A stretch of DNA of 64,000 bases from Chitinivibrionales bacterium (lineage in GTDB: Bacteria > Fibrobacterota > Chitinivibrionia > Chitinivibrionales > FEN-1185). The first letter of the stretch is position 1, and the number at the start of each line of letters is the position of its first letter. The stretch is from assembly GCA_035516255.1 (NCBI GenBank), contig DATJAL010000047.1:25198-89197 (forward strand), read 5' to 3'. Under the pieces are notes generated by a model. That model was not told the DNA's origin and ran no database searches. It saw only the letters and a program-made list of their open reading frames with translations. Of the stretch, positions 36,260 to 44,472 are shown piece after piece. The position numbers and the translations under genes are program-made.

Positions 36260-37083
36260 TGCGGGACAATCGCTTTAAGGAGTATGCCGCAGGAGAGATA
36301 GAGCACAAACGCCACGATGCCGGCCATGAGATAAATATCCGCCTCGCCGGCCGGACGCGGACCTGCCGCAGCGGTCCGCCTGCTTACGGAGGCAAGAATG
36401 GTTTCCGCAACGGCGATTCCCGCGATAAAAAGAAACTGCGAGAACACCGACCACGCGAATGACGGAAAAAAAGGAAGCCCCCACAGGAAAAGCGCAATGA
36501 CGGGGTCGGCCACGCCCAGCAGCAGGGTGATTCCCACGCCGTACGGCATCAGCCGTGCCAGCCGCTCGTTCGCGGACTCGTTTGACCGGGCCGCGGCCTT
36601 GAATGCGGCAATGTTGTTTTCCTGAAAAACCGCGCCGCCCGTCCGCGCGATCTTCTCCCGGAGCGCGCAAATCAGGCCGTAACAGTTTCTTGCCCTGAGC
36701 GAAATGATGAGGCGCCCCCCGGGATACCGGATGATGCCGTAACGCAGAAGCAAAGGGACCTGGACATACCGGAACTCGGCGATCTGGCCATACGCCACGC
36801 TCACGATGCGGAACGGGCTCCGCTTGGTGAGGCGGTCGTCCGAAACGATGTACACGGTGTCACGCATCTCCCTTGTCAAGGTAAGCCGCACGAGGCCCAG
36901 AAACAGGCCGGTGAGAAACACGTCGATGGTGAGCCTGGCATACGAGGAAAACATTCTTACCGACGCCGCGCTCACTCCCGCGGCCGCGCAGAACAGGCAG
37001 GTGAGGAACAGGCCCAGCAACAAAAACAGCGCCAGCCGCTCGAAACCGGCAAGTTCGGTGGAGGTGGTATAGGTTTCTTCCAT
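36256..37083 (-). CDS. Hypothetical multi-pass membrane protein (possible bacterial PH/DUF304-like loop)
   Basis: ATG 37083 (MEETYTT...). Transmembrane helices flank a soluble segment, YIVSDDRLTKRSPFRIVSVAYGQIAEFRYVQ. Confidence 0.45.
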   Translation of the reverse strand: MEETYTTSTELAGFERLALFLLLGLFLTCLFCAAAGVSAASVRMFSSYARLTIDVFLTGLFLGLVRLTLTREMRDTVYIVSDDRLTKRSPFRIVSVAYGQIAEFRYVQVPLLLRYGIIRYPGGRLIISLRARNCYGLICALREKIARTGGAVFQENNIAAFKAAARSNESANERLARLMPYGVGITLLLGVADPVIALFLWGLPFFPSFAWSVFSQFLFIAGIAVAETILASVSRRTAAAGPRPAGEADIYLMAGIVAFVLYLSCGILLKAIVPH

Positions 37084-37127
37084 TGTTATTTTTCCGTAAA
37101 GATTTGCCGCTGAGGACACGAAATAAT

Positions 37128-37197
37128 GTTGGAAGTTAAGGGTTAAAAGTTGAAAATAACAAAACAAATAATCAACATCAAACTTTCATCTTCCAAC
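37128..37197. repeat. Family-E inverted repeat
   Basis: GTTGGAAGTTAAGGGTTAAAAGTTGA (37128-37153) and TCAACATCAAACTTTCATCTTCCAAC (37172-37197) are imperfect reverse complements. Confidence 0.5.
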
Positions 37198-37235
37198 TTT
37201 AAACTATTTATTCTGCGCTCTCTCCGGTAATTTTA

Positions 37236-38528
37236 TCATTTAATCCTACTGGTACACAAATCAATTATGCCGCATCGTTTTGCCAGCGCGGAAAGCAATT
37301 CCAGATCGTCGGCGGTTTTTATGACCGCGTATGAATCCGGCTCAATGCTGAGAACGGCCCCGTGTTTGGCGCAGGACATGAGGTCGGTGGCGGCATATCC
37401 TATCTTGGGGCTTTTCGGAAGCCCGGGCAGGACTTCCTTGGGCGGCGTCGCGTAATCGGGCAGGCCGCTTTTCGAAAGCAGCGCGACGTCGAAGACATAA
37501 AGCCCCGTGTTGAAAGGCAAAAATAACTTCCCTGTTTTGTCCCGCACTTTCATGGTTTCGTTATTGCGGACGGCCTGCTCGATGATGACAAGCGAACATG
37601 TGCCATTTTTTTCAAGGTTTACAAACGCGCCGTACTGGTCTGTTTTGTCGAATTTCGTCCTGAGGATGCCGACGCCCATGCAGTCATGCTGTTTTCCGGC
37701 CGCCGCCATGGCCAGGACCACGGCCGGATCATAGAGCGCCGTGGCCTGCAGCGCGATTATTTTTTTGCAGCCAAGCCCCGACAGCCAGTCAAGCGCACTT
37801 AACATACCGGAAAATCCCGGTTGTGCGAGCTTCATGAACGGCCCGCCGGTCTCGTCCGGGTTGGTGGCGGGCCGCGCCTTATCGCCGTCAACGGCAACCA
37901 TGCCGTCGGGCGTGAGATGGAGGCGCTCGTCCTGCGCAAGCGCGGCCAGGTATTTTATGCCGTAATTGTTGCGCGCCGCGATAACGCCGGAGATAATGCG
38001 GGCGTTCTCCGAAGACGCCGGCCCCGTGGTGACGATCACGGGAATGTCCAAACCGCCTCTTCGGCACAGACCTGCGATCACGGCAAGGTTCGCCTGCAGG
38101 CTGCCGAATCCCTTTGGAAAGCCGGGCAGCTGGAATGTCGCCTTTGTAAAGTCTTTCAGATCTGCGTCGCTCGCGCCGCGGCCGCGCAGGCTTGCACGCA
38201 GCCGCTCGCCGTCGCCGCCCGCGGTGAGGACAACGGCGTAGCCGGCCAGGTCAGACGGCGCCGCGTTGAGGTCCGCCGCATTAATCACGGGCGGAAACCT
38301 CTGTTTCGCGCCGCTCACGATTTTCTTCCTTTCCTCGGCATTTTTGATTGCCGCAAGCTGGCGGCGGCGATGCTCCCGGTACACCGGCGGCGGAAAACGC
38401 CTGTTGAGTTCGTCAAGCAGGTTTTTTTTCTGGGCCGCGGAAAAGGCGGAGAAATTATAAACGTGCTTTTGGGCGAGTGAATCGGTCCATGTGTTCATAA
38501 ATTTATCTTTTGTGTAATTATCTATCAT
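37236..38528 (-). CDS. UDPGP-family nucleotide-sugar pyrophosphorylase-like protein
   Basis: VVLTAGGDGERL (a diverged LxGGxGTRL loop), NPDETGGPFMKL (compare APDGNGG) and a C-terminal left-handed-helix-like region; 430 aa. Confidence 0.55.
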   Translation of the reverse strand: MIDNYTKDKFMNTWTDSLAQKHVYNFSAFSAAQKKNLLDELNRRFPPPVYREHRRRQLAAIKNAEERKKIVSGAKQRFPPVINAADLNAAPSDLAGYAVVLTAGGDGERLRASLRGRGASDADLKDFTKATFQLPGFPKGFGSLQANLAVIAGLCRRGGLDIPVIVTTGPASSENARIISGVIAARNNYGIKYLAALAQDERLHLTPDGMVAVDGDKARPATNPDETGGPFMKLAQPGFSGMLSALDWLSGLGCKKIIALQATALYDPAVVLAMAAAGKQHDCMGVGILRTKFDKTDQYGAFVNLEKNGTCSLVIIEQAVRNNETMKVRDKTGKLFLPFNTGLYVFDVALLSKSGLPDYATPPKEVLPGLPKSPKIGYAATDLMSCAKHGAVLSIEPDSYAVIKTADDLELLSALAKRCGIIDLCTSRIK

Positions 38529-38553
38529 TTAAAAGCTGGCGACGGTTTTATAT

Positions 38554-39065
38554 TCAACCCAATTCGTGAGTGCCAAACCTCTTGACAAATCGGGCAATAT
38601 TTGTCATTTCTTCACTTATCTTAATAATGTCTACTTGACATTTTTTAAAAGATTTCAAGACGGCATAATAAACCCGTTCAACTTGAAGTTCTTCAATAAA
38701 AGACCGTCTTTTTTTAAACATTTCCTTTGAATTTTCATCTGGTTCTTCATGGCACATTCCCTTAAAAAGAAATGGATATTATCCAAGTTCAGATTATTTG
38801 AATAAAGCACCTTGTTGTCCGGTTTGATACCAAATGCTTCATATATTGTACTTATTCTTATTGCTGCCGAGCTTAGATAGGACAAAAGTATTGAAAGGCG
38901 CCCATCTTTCTGGCTCGGCCTACCATTCTCAAACCCTTTTGATACCTCTTTTGTCTTCATCAATAATTGCCTTTTGTCAATTCCTGATATGCAATTCTTG
39001 CCAAGCCCAACAAAGTTGTTTGCAGCATGAAAAAGCTGATTAATCTCTGCTTGTTTGTATTTCAT
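38554..39065 (-). pseudogene. AT-rich orphan ORF split by a 1-nt homopolymer frameshift (136-aa + 67-aa pieces)
   Basis: ORFs 38655-39065 and 38554-38757 overlap in different frames. One extra T in the T5 run (plus-strand A5 at 38764-38768) would fuse them into ~170 aa (...LDNIHFFFKGMCHEEPDENSKEMFKKRRSFIEEL...). No family was recognised. Confidence 0.3.
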
Positions 39066-39139
39066 GACGTCCCGGTGCCAATTGAATTTTAATCAACAGT
39101 CTCCCGTTGCTGACCTTTTCAACTGCCCTCCGGAGGACC

Positions 39140-39224
39140 GGTCGCGCAGATTTCCGGTTACGAAATCATGGGAAATATTTTGAAACGCGACCGGGCCGCA
39201 GCGAGGGGGAAACCTCCCCCACCA
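39140..39224 (+). repeat. Degenerate Y-X module
   Basis: CGAAATCATGGG (compare CGCAAATCATGGG at 57429) followed by ...GCAGCGAGGGGGAAACCTCCCCCACCAGAATTTTTTT. Confidence 0.35.
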
Positions 39225-39281
39225 GAATTTTTTTAAAATTTGGAAATGTCAAATCCCTCCCCTCCTGTCAATCATTTCACC

Positions 39282-39791
39282 TCAACGATCAGGTTTGGCG
39301 GGTTTATCCCTTTTATCCTTGAAAAACGATTTTAACAACTGCGAACATTCCTCCTTTATCACGCCCGACGTGATTTTCGGAAAATACCGGTACGCTCGCT
39401 CCAGTTCCTGCCGGTGGAAGAACGTGTCGATGGCGCCGCAGCGCGGGTCGGGGGCGGCATACACGACGGCGTCCATTCTTGCCTGTAAAGCAGCGCCGAG
39501 GCACATGACGCAGGGCTCGAGCGTCACGTACAGGGTGCAGCCCGCAAGCCGCCACGTTTCAAGAAGCGTTGACGCGGCGCCGATGGCCACGATTTCGGCA
39601 TGGGCGGTGGCGTCGGACAGTTTTTCCATGCGGTTGTAGCCCCGGCCGATGACCCGGCCGCCCTTTTCCACCACCGCGCCCACCGGCACCTCGCCTTCGT
39701 CAAAGGCCTTGACGGCCTCCTGATACGCGGCGTTCATAAAATATTGGGCGTCCAGCAAAACATATTTCCTTTCGATTTCAATATCCTGCAT
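39282..39791 (-). CDS. tadA: tRNA adenosine(34) deaminase
   Basis: HAEIVAI...LEPCVMCLGA zinc motif; 169 aa. Confidence 0.9.
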   Translation of the reverse strand: MQDIEIERKYVLLDAQYFMNAAYQEAVKAFDEGEVPVGAVVEKGGRVIGRGYNRMEKLSDATAHAEIVAIGAASTLLETWRLAGCTLYVTLEPCVMCLGAALQARMDAVVYAAPDPRCGAIDTFFHRQELERAYRYFPKITSGVIKEECSQLLKSFFKDKRDKPAKPDR

Positions 39792-39922
39792 TGACTTTAA
39801 ACTAAATTATCCCATGGGAGAAAATTCAAGTATAAATTTGTATTGCCGTATATCAAACCATAACACGCGTGGGACAAGCGATTGGTCAGGGTTGTCGATG
39901 AATTATTGACAAATGTCCGACC

Positions 39923-40116
39923 GGCGCCATTATAGTCTGTTGGCTAACCAGAATTCCGCCGCCGCGTTAGGGGCGACGGAGGGTGCGCTGGAGCGCATTG
40001 CCGGCCGACCCCGCCGCAAGGCATCGGGGCGGTCCGGCAACGAGGCAATTAGCCGAGCCCGGAGGAGAACCGACCCGAACCTGAGGTTTACCGAAGGTGA
40101 GGGGAACGCCCATCTT
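39923..40116 (+). repeat. Family-A multi-helix GC-rich element, copy a (candidate structured RNA)
   Basis: 194 nt from GGCGCC to GGGGAACGCCCATCTT. It shares module order and helices with 52899-53082(-), 57100-57279(-) and 61264-61400(+). Hairpins include TGCGC-TGGA-GCGCA, TTGCCGG...CCGGCAA, GCC-GCAA-GGC and GGC-AATTA-GCC. Confidence 0.55.
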
Positions 40117-40293
40117 TTCCAACTACGATTGCTATAGTAAGTATTATGCCCCCCCAAATATTATTTTAGGTGACCAGTTTACAGCGCTCTTTTTATCTGG
40201 GGCGGGACCCGTGTGCCGGAGAGATGCCGGTCAAGGGGTCAGCCGGTTTCCCGATAGTATTGCTGGCGAGCTTTACCGACAGGATATTGTATC

Positions 40294-40704
40294 GTGGCCG
40301 AGAAGAATCCGTTCCGCATCCTGCTTGTCGATGATGAGCCCGGCATCCGGAAGATCCTGCGGCTGTTCCTCGAATTGGAGGGATATACGGTCTTCGAGGC
40401 CATCACCGCGAACCAGGCCATGCAGGTGGTGAAAAAGGAAAAGCCGCACCTCATCATCCTCGACGTGATTCTGTTCGGCCAGACGGGGTTTGACGTGTGC
40501 GAATGGGTGAAGAGCAACCCGGAAACAAAGGACATCATCATCTTTCTTTTTACCGCCCTCAACCAGGAGCACGATTACCGCGAGGGACAGCGCCTCGGCT
40601 GCGACCTGTACCTCACCAAGCCGCAGAACCCGAAGGACATCGTGGAAAAAGTCCGCGAGTACCTTCAGGCAAAGGCGGGCCCCGGCGCAGCGAACGCCGA
40701 TTGA
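40294..40704 (+). CDS. Single-domain response regulator (CheY-like receiver)
   Basis: ILLVDDEPGIRKIL...PHLIILDVILFGQTGFDVC...LTKP; GTG start; 136 aa. Confidence 0.85.
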   Translation: MAEKNPFRILLVDDEPGIRKILRLFLELEGYTVFEAITANQAMQVVKKEKPHLIILDVILFGQTGFDVCEWVKSNPETKDIIIFLFTALNQEHDYREGQRLGCDLYLTKPQNPKDIVEKVREYLQAKAGPGAANAD

Positions 40705-40737
40705 CCAATTTTATCTGAAAGGAACGTTGTTGCACTC

Positions 40738-42435
40738 ATGAACAGAAACATCACCATCGGCATGATCGTCACCGTCGCCCTGATCGGGCTCGCGCTGTTT
40801 TTTCTGAAGGACTCGATCCTGTTCTACACCAAAAGCCCGCAGGAGCAGGACAAGTACGCGCAGTCGCACCCCACCGTCTTCAAGAAGATCATCAACCTCG
40901 GGCTCGACATCCAGGGCGGCATGCGGATCGTGCTTGAGATTGACAAGTCGAACCTGCCCAAGGAGGCGACGGGCGACATCCTCGACCGGGCCTACACGGT
41001 GATCGAGAACCGCATCAACGGACTCGGCGTGGCCGAGCCTTCCATCCAGAAGCAGGGCACCGAACGGATCATCGTCGAGCTGCCCGGGTTCCGCGACGAG
41101 GCGGCGGCCTCGCGGGTGATCGGCTCCACGGCGCAGCTCGAGTTCAACCTGCTGCGCGAGCCCGCGGAGCTCGACAAGGCGATCAAGGTCATCGACAACA
41201 CGCTCAAGGGCCAGAAGCCCGCCGACACCGGCGCGGCCGCCGCATCCGCCGACACGTTGACAACCAAGAAAAAAGAGGCGCAGAGCAAGGCGCAGAGCCT
41301 TTTTGAGGGAAAAGAACTTCACAAGGACACGGCAGCGGCAGCCGCGGAATCGACCCAGACCGAAGACACCACCACCGCCGCGTCGTTCTCCGAGCTGCTG
41401 TCGGGCGTCGGCGAGCAGATCGGCGTGCTGGAAAGCAACAAGGCGAAGGTCGACGCCATTCTTGCGCGCAAGGACGTGAAGGACGCGCTCGAACGCTCGG
41501 GCCTGGGCGGCTCCAATTTCCTCTGGGGCCACGAAACAAGGGTCCTCGGCAGCTCCCTGTACCGGATGTTGTATTATGTCAAGTCGCGCCCCGAAATGCG
41601 CGGCGACGCGATACGCGACGCGCGCGGCTCCATCGACCGCAGCGGGTTTTCGGCGGGCCAGGCCATCGTGGAGCTCGAGATGAACAACAAGGGCGCCAAG
41701 ACGTTTTCCCGCGTCACCGGCGCCAACGTGAACAAGTATCTCGCCATCGTGCTTGACTCAACCGTGTATTCGGCGCCCGTCATCCGCAGCAAGATCCCGT
41801 CGGGAAGGGCGCAAATCGAGGGCAGCTTCACCATGGAGGAGGCCAAGAACCTCGCCGTGGTGCTGCGCGCCGGCGCGTTGCCCGCGCCCGTCAAGATCAT
41901 GGAACAGCGCACCGTGGGACCGTCGCTGGGACAGGACTCCATCCGCGACGCGACCTACGCCGCCATCATCGGCGCCGTCTTGGTGTTCATCTTCATTCTT
42001 TTCTACTACAAATTGAGCGGCGCCTACGCGGTGTTCGCGCTCATCCTGAACCTGCTGTTCGTGCTCGCCGCGATGGCCACCATCAACGCGACGCTCACGA
42101 TCCCCGGCATCTGCGGCCTGGTGCTCAACCTTGCCGTCGCCGTGGACGCCAACGTGCTCATCTGCGAGCGCATCCGCGAGGAACTGCACCTCGGCAAGAC
42201 CGTGCGCAGCGCAATTGACATAGGCTACAAGCGCGTGCTCGTGGTCATCCTCGACAGCAATCTCACCATGCTCATCAAGGCGGCCATTCTGCTGTGGATC
42301 GGCACGGGCGCGATCAAGGGCTTTGCCGTGACGCTGATGTTCGGCCTCATCATCTCGATGTTCACGTCGCTGTACATCACCCACATCATGTACAACATAT
42401 TCACGCCCAAAACCGGGGAAAAACTCAGCATTTAA
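40738..42435 (+). CDS. secD: Protein translocase subunit SecD
   Basis: 565 aa. It has a large periplasmic loop plus six C-terminal transmembrane segments, with GLDIQGG and EQRTVGPSLG motifs. Confidence 0.95.
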   Translation: MNRNITIGMIVTVALIGLALFFLKDSILFYTKSPQEQDKYAQSHPTVFKKIINLGLDIQGGMRIVLEIDKSNLPKEATGDILDRAYTVIENRINGLGVAEPSIQKQGTERIIVELPGFRDEAAASRVIGSTAQLEFNLLREPAELDKAIKVIDNTLKGQKPADTGAAAASADTLTTKKKEAQSKAQSLFEGKELHKDTAAAAAESTQTEDTTTAASFSELLSGVGEQIGVLESNKAKVDAILARKDVKDALERSGLGGSNFLWGHETRVLGSSLYRMLYYVKSRPEMRGDAIRDARGSIDRSGFSAGQAIVELEMNNKGAKTFSRVTGANVNKYLAIVLDSTVYSAPVIRSKIPSGRAQIEGSFTMEEAKNLAVVLRAGALPAPVKIMEQRTVGPSLGQDSIRDATYAAIIGAVLVFIFILFYYKLSGAYAVFALILNLLFVLAAMATINATLTIPGICGLVLNLAVAVDANVLICERIREELHLGKTVRSAIDIGYKRVLVVILDSNLTMLIKAAILLWIGTGAIKGFAVTLMFGLIISMFTSLYITHIMYNIFTPKTGEKLSI

Positions 42436-42464
42436 TATAGAAAGAAAAGAAGGGCATTTATTCT

Positions 42465-43382
42465 ATGATCCAGATTTTCAAAACAGTTCCCAACATCAAC
42501 TTCATCGGGGTATGGAAGATCGCCTTTTCCATTTCGGGCGCGCTGCTGCTCATCACCGTGGGCTCCATCATTTATCACAAGGGGTTCAACACCTCCATCG
42601 AATTCACCGGCGGCACCGAGATCCAGCTCCGGTTCGAAAAGCCGATTGAAAACGACCTGGCAAAAATCCGGTCCGTCGTGAGCGGGCTTTCGTTCGGCCA
42701 GCCGGAAATCAAGACCATCGGCGCCATCAAGAACAACGAGATCCAGGTAACGGTGAAAAAGCAGGGCGAGGGCACCTCGATCGGCGACGCGGTGAAGCAG
42801 GCGCTCATCAAGAACTACCCGGAGAACAAATTCGAGGTGCGGCGCGAGGAAAAGGTGGGCACCAAGATCGGCGCCGAGTTCGCTTCGAAGGCCTTCTGGG
42901 CGGTGGTGCTGGCGCTCATCGGCATCGTGATTTACATGGGGATACGGTTCAACATCCCCTACGGCCTCGGCGGCGTGCTGAGCCTGTTCCACGACGTGTT
43001 CATCACGCTCGGGTTCTTCTCGCTTACCAACCGGGAAATCTCGCTGGGCATCATCGCGGCCCTGCTCACCATCGTGGGATACTCGCTCAACGACACCATC
43101 GTGGTGTTCGACCGCGTGCGCGAGAACATGGGCGGCAAGCTTTTGGGCCCCAACGTGGAACCGATGATCAACAAGAGCATCAACCAGACCCTGTCGCGCA
43201 CCATCATCACCACGGGCACGGTGCTCTTCGTGCTCCTGGCGTTTTCGCTTTTCGGCGGCCAGGTGATCCAGGACTTCTCGCTCGCCATGCTCGTCGGGTG
43301 CGCCAGCGGCGTGTATTCCACGGTCTACATCGCGAGCCCCATCGTGCTCTGGTGGAACAAACAGTTTCCGGCGAAAATCTAA
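42465..43382 (+). CDS. secF: Protein translocase subunit SecF
   Basis: 305 aa with FNTSIEFTGGT..., YSLNDTIVVFDRVREN and a SecF transmembrane pattern, directly after secD. Confidence 0.95.
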   Translation: MIQIFKTVPNINFIGVWKIAFSISGALLLITVGSIIYHKGFNTSIEFTGGTEIQLRFEKPIENDLAKIRSVVSGLSFGQPEIKTIGAIKNNEIQVTVKKQGEGTSIGDAVKQALIKNYPENKFEVRREEKVGTKIGAEFASKAFWAVVLALIGIVIYMGIRFNIPYGLGGVLSLFHDVFITLGFFSLTNREISLGIIAALLTIVGYSLNDTIVVFDRVRENMGGKLLGPNVEPMINKSINQTLSRTIITTGTVLFVLLAFSLFGGQVIQDFSLAMLVGCASGVYSTVYIASPIVLWWNKQFPAKI

Positions 43383-43409
43383 TCGGTTTGATTTAATCTT
43401 TATATAAAT

Positions 43410-43450
43410 CCCTGCTTCTTCTTTGTGAAGGAGCGGGGCTTTTTATTTTA
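43410..43450 (+). terminator. Rho-independent terminator after secF
   Basis: A 12-bp stem CCCTGCTTCTTC / GAAGGAGCGGGG (two G-T pairs), loop TTTGT, then CTTTTTATTTTA. Confidence 0.7.
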
Positions 43451-43640
43451 TCATGATTTCATGATAAAAAGTTGGGCGCGTCGCGCCTTCGCAACGCAAC
43501 CGCTGCGGAACGCCGCTTCGCGGCGATACACAAATTGTAGGGATTTTTTTTCTTGGCCGGCAAAGGGCAATGATATAATGGATGGTGCGGAGCACCGCTA
43601 CCTTACCCTAAAGGAACAAAGTGACGCAAAGCGATTTTTT

Positions 43641-43678
43641 CCCCCTCGCCCTGTGGGAGAGGGGGTCAGGGGGTGAGG
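43641..43678. repeat. Family-C REP-like hairpin (CCCTC..GGGAGAGGG + GGGGTGAGG)
   Basis: CCCCCTCGCCCTGTGGGAGAGGGGGTCAGGGGGTGAGG. Relatives lie at 51488-51590, 53111-53156, 53408-53440 and 54985-55015. Confidence 0.45.
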
Positions 43679-43809
43679 TTGCACGAAAAACCCAACAATT
43701 CCGTTTATTCCGCGACAATCTCTTCCTTCATGAACAAATTCATCCAAAATAAGGTATTTTACCCCCTATAGCCGTAATTCTGTCATCATATGGGACATCA
43801 ATTATCATC

Positions 43810-44472
43810 ATGAAAAAATATCTTCCACTATTATTCCTCATCATCATTTTTGCGAACGCCGTCAACGCGGAGAAAAACCCGTGCGAGCTGACCATTGCGG
43901 TGCTCAAGTACGGCGGCGGGGGCGACTGGTATATCAACCCGTCGTCGCTGCCCAACCTTATCACGGCGCTGCATGAGCGCACGGCCGTGCCGGTCTGCGA
44001 CACCGTCGCCACGATCGAGATCATGGACGAGAAATTGTTCCGTTACCCGTTTTTATACATGACCGGCCACGGCAACGTCCACTTCACCGACGCCGAACGG
44101 CTGCGGCTGCGCAAGTTTCTCGCCGGCGGCGGATTTTTATGGGCCGACGACTGTTACGGCATGGACAAATCGTTCCGGCGGGAAATGGCCTCCCTGTTTC
44201 CGGAGAACCCGCTCGTGCCCATCGGCAGTGGCCATCCCATTTACAAAAGCAAATACGCCCTGCCCGGGCTGCCCAAGATCCACGAGCACAACGGCGACCC
44301 GGCACAGGGTTTCGGCATCTACTTCAACAACCGGCTCGTGGTGTATTACTCCTACAGCTCCGACATCGGCGACGGCATGGAAGACCTTAACGTGCACAAC
44401 GACGGCCCCAGGCTGCACGAGCTCGCGCTCGAAATGGGGATCAACGTCGTCGTGTGGTTTTTAAACCCATGA
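43810..44472 (+). CDS. DUF4159 domain protein (class-I glutamine-amidotransferase-like fold)
   Basis: Signal peptide, then LKYGGGGDWYINPSSLPNL...FLYMTGHGNVHFT...GGFLWADDCYG, typical of DUF4159. Confidence 0.8.
   Translation: MKKYLPLLFLIIIFANAVNAEKNPCELTIAVLKYGGGGDWYINPSSLPNLITALHERTAVPVCDTVATIEIMDEKLFRYPFLYMTGHGNVHFTDAERLRLRKFLAGGGFLWADDCYGMDKSFRREMASLFPENPLVPIGSGHPIYKSKYALPGLPKIHEHNGDPAQGFGIYFNNRLVVYYSYSSDIGDGMEDLNVHNDGPRLHELALEMGINVVVWFLNP

Noticed and set aside
39906-39934. TTGACA-N17-ATTATA as the promoter of family-A copy a.
   Set aside because: The arrangement is not conserved at the 5' side of copies b, c or d, so it may belong to the host spacer, for example a promoter for the response-regulator gene. 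I mention it only as context.
39923-40116. Family A as a known RNA: SRP/4.5S RNA, guanidine-I (ykkC) riboswitch or cobalamin riboswitch.
   Set aside because: CCGGAAGGA matches the helix-8 tetraloop region of E. coli 4.5S RNA. GGTCCGGCAACGAGG and GCCCGGAGGAG faintly recall the ykkC strings GGUCCGAGAG and GCCCGGGAGA. The remaining conserved cores of those classes are absent, however. The element is also multi-copy, and one copy sits between convergent genes. All comparisons are from memory, and a cmscan would settle the question.
39913-40137. Small ORFs crossing family-A copies (39913-40137, 52883-53176, 57068-57352, 61223-61510) as possible conserved peptides.
   Set aside because: The copies share peptide strings only over short stretches (for example N-x-NSAAALG) and then change frame. 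Indels between copies are not multiples of three, so the conservation is in nucleotides or structure, not protein.
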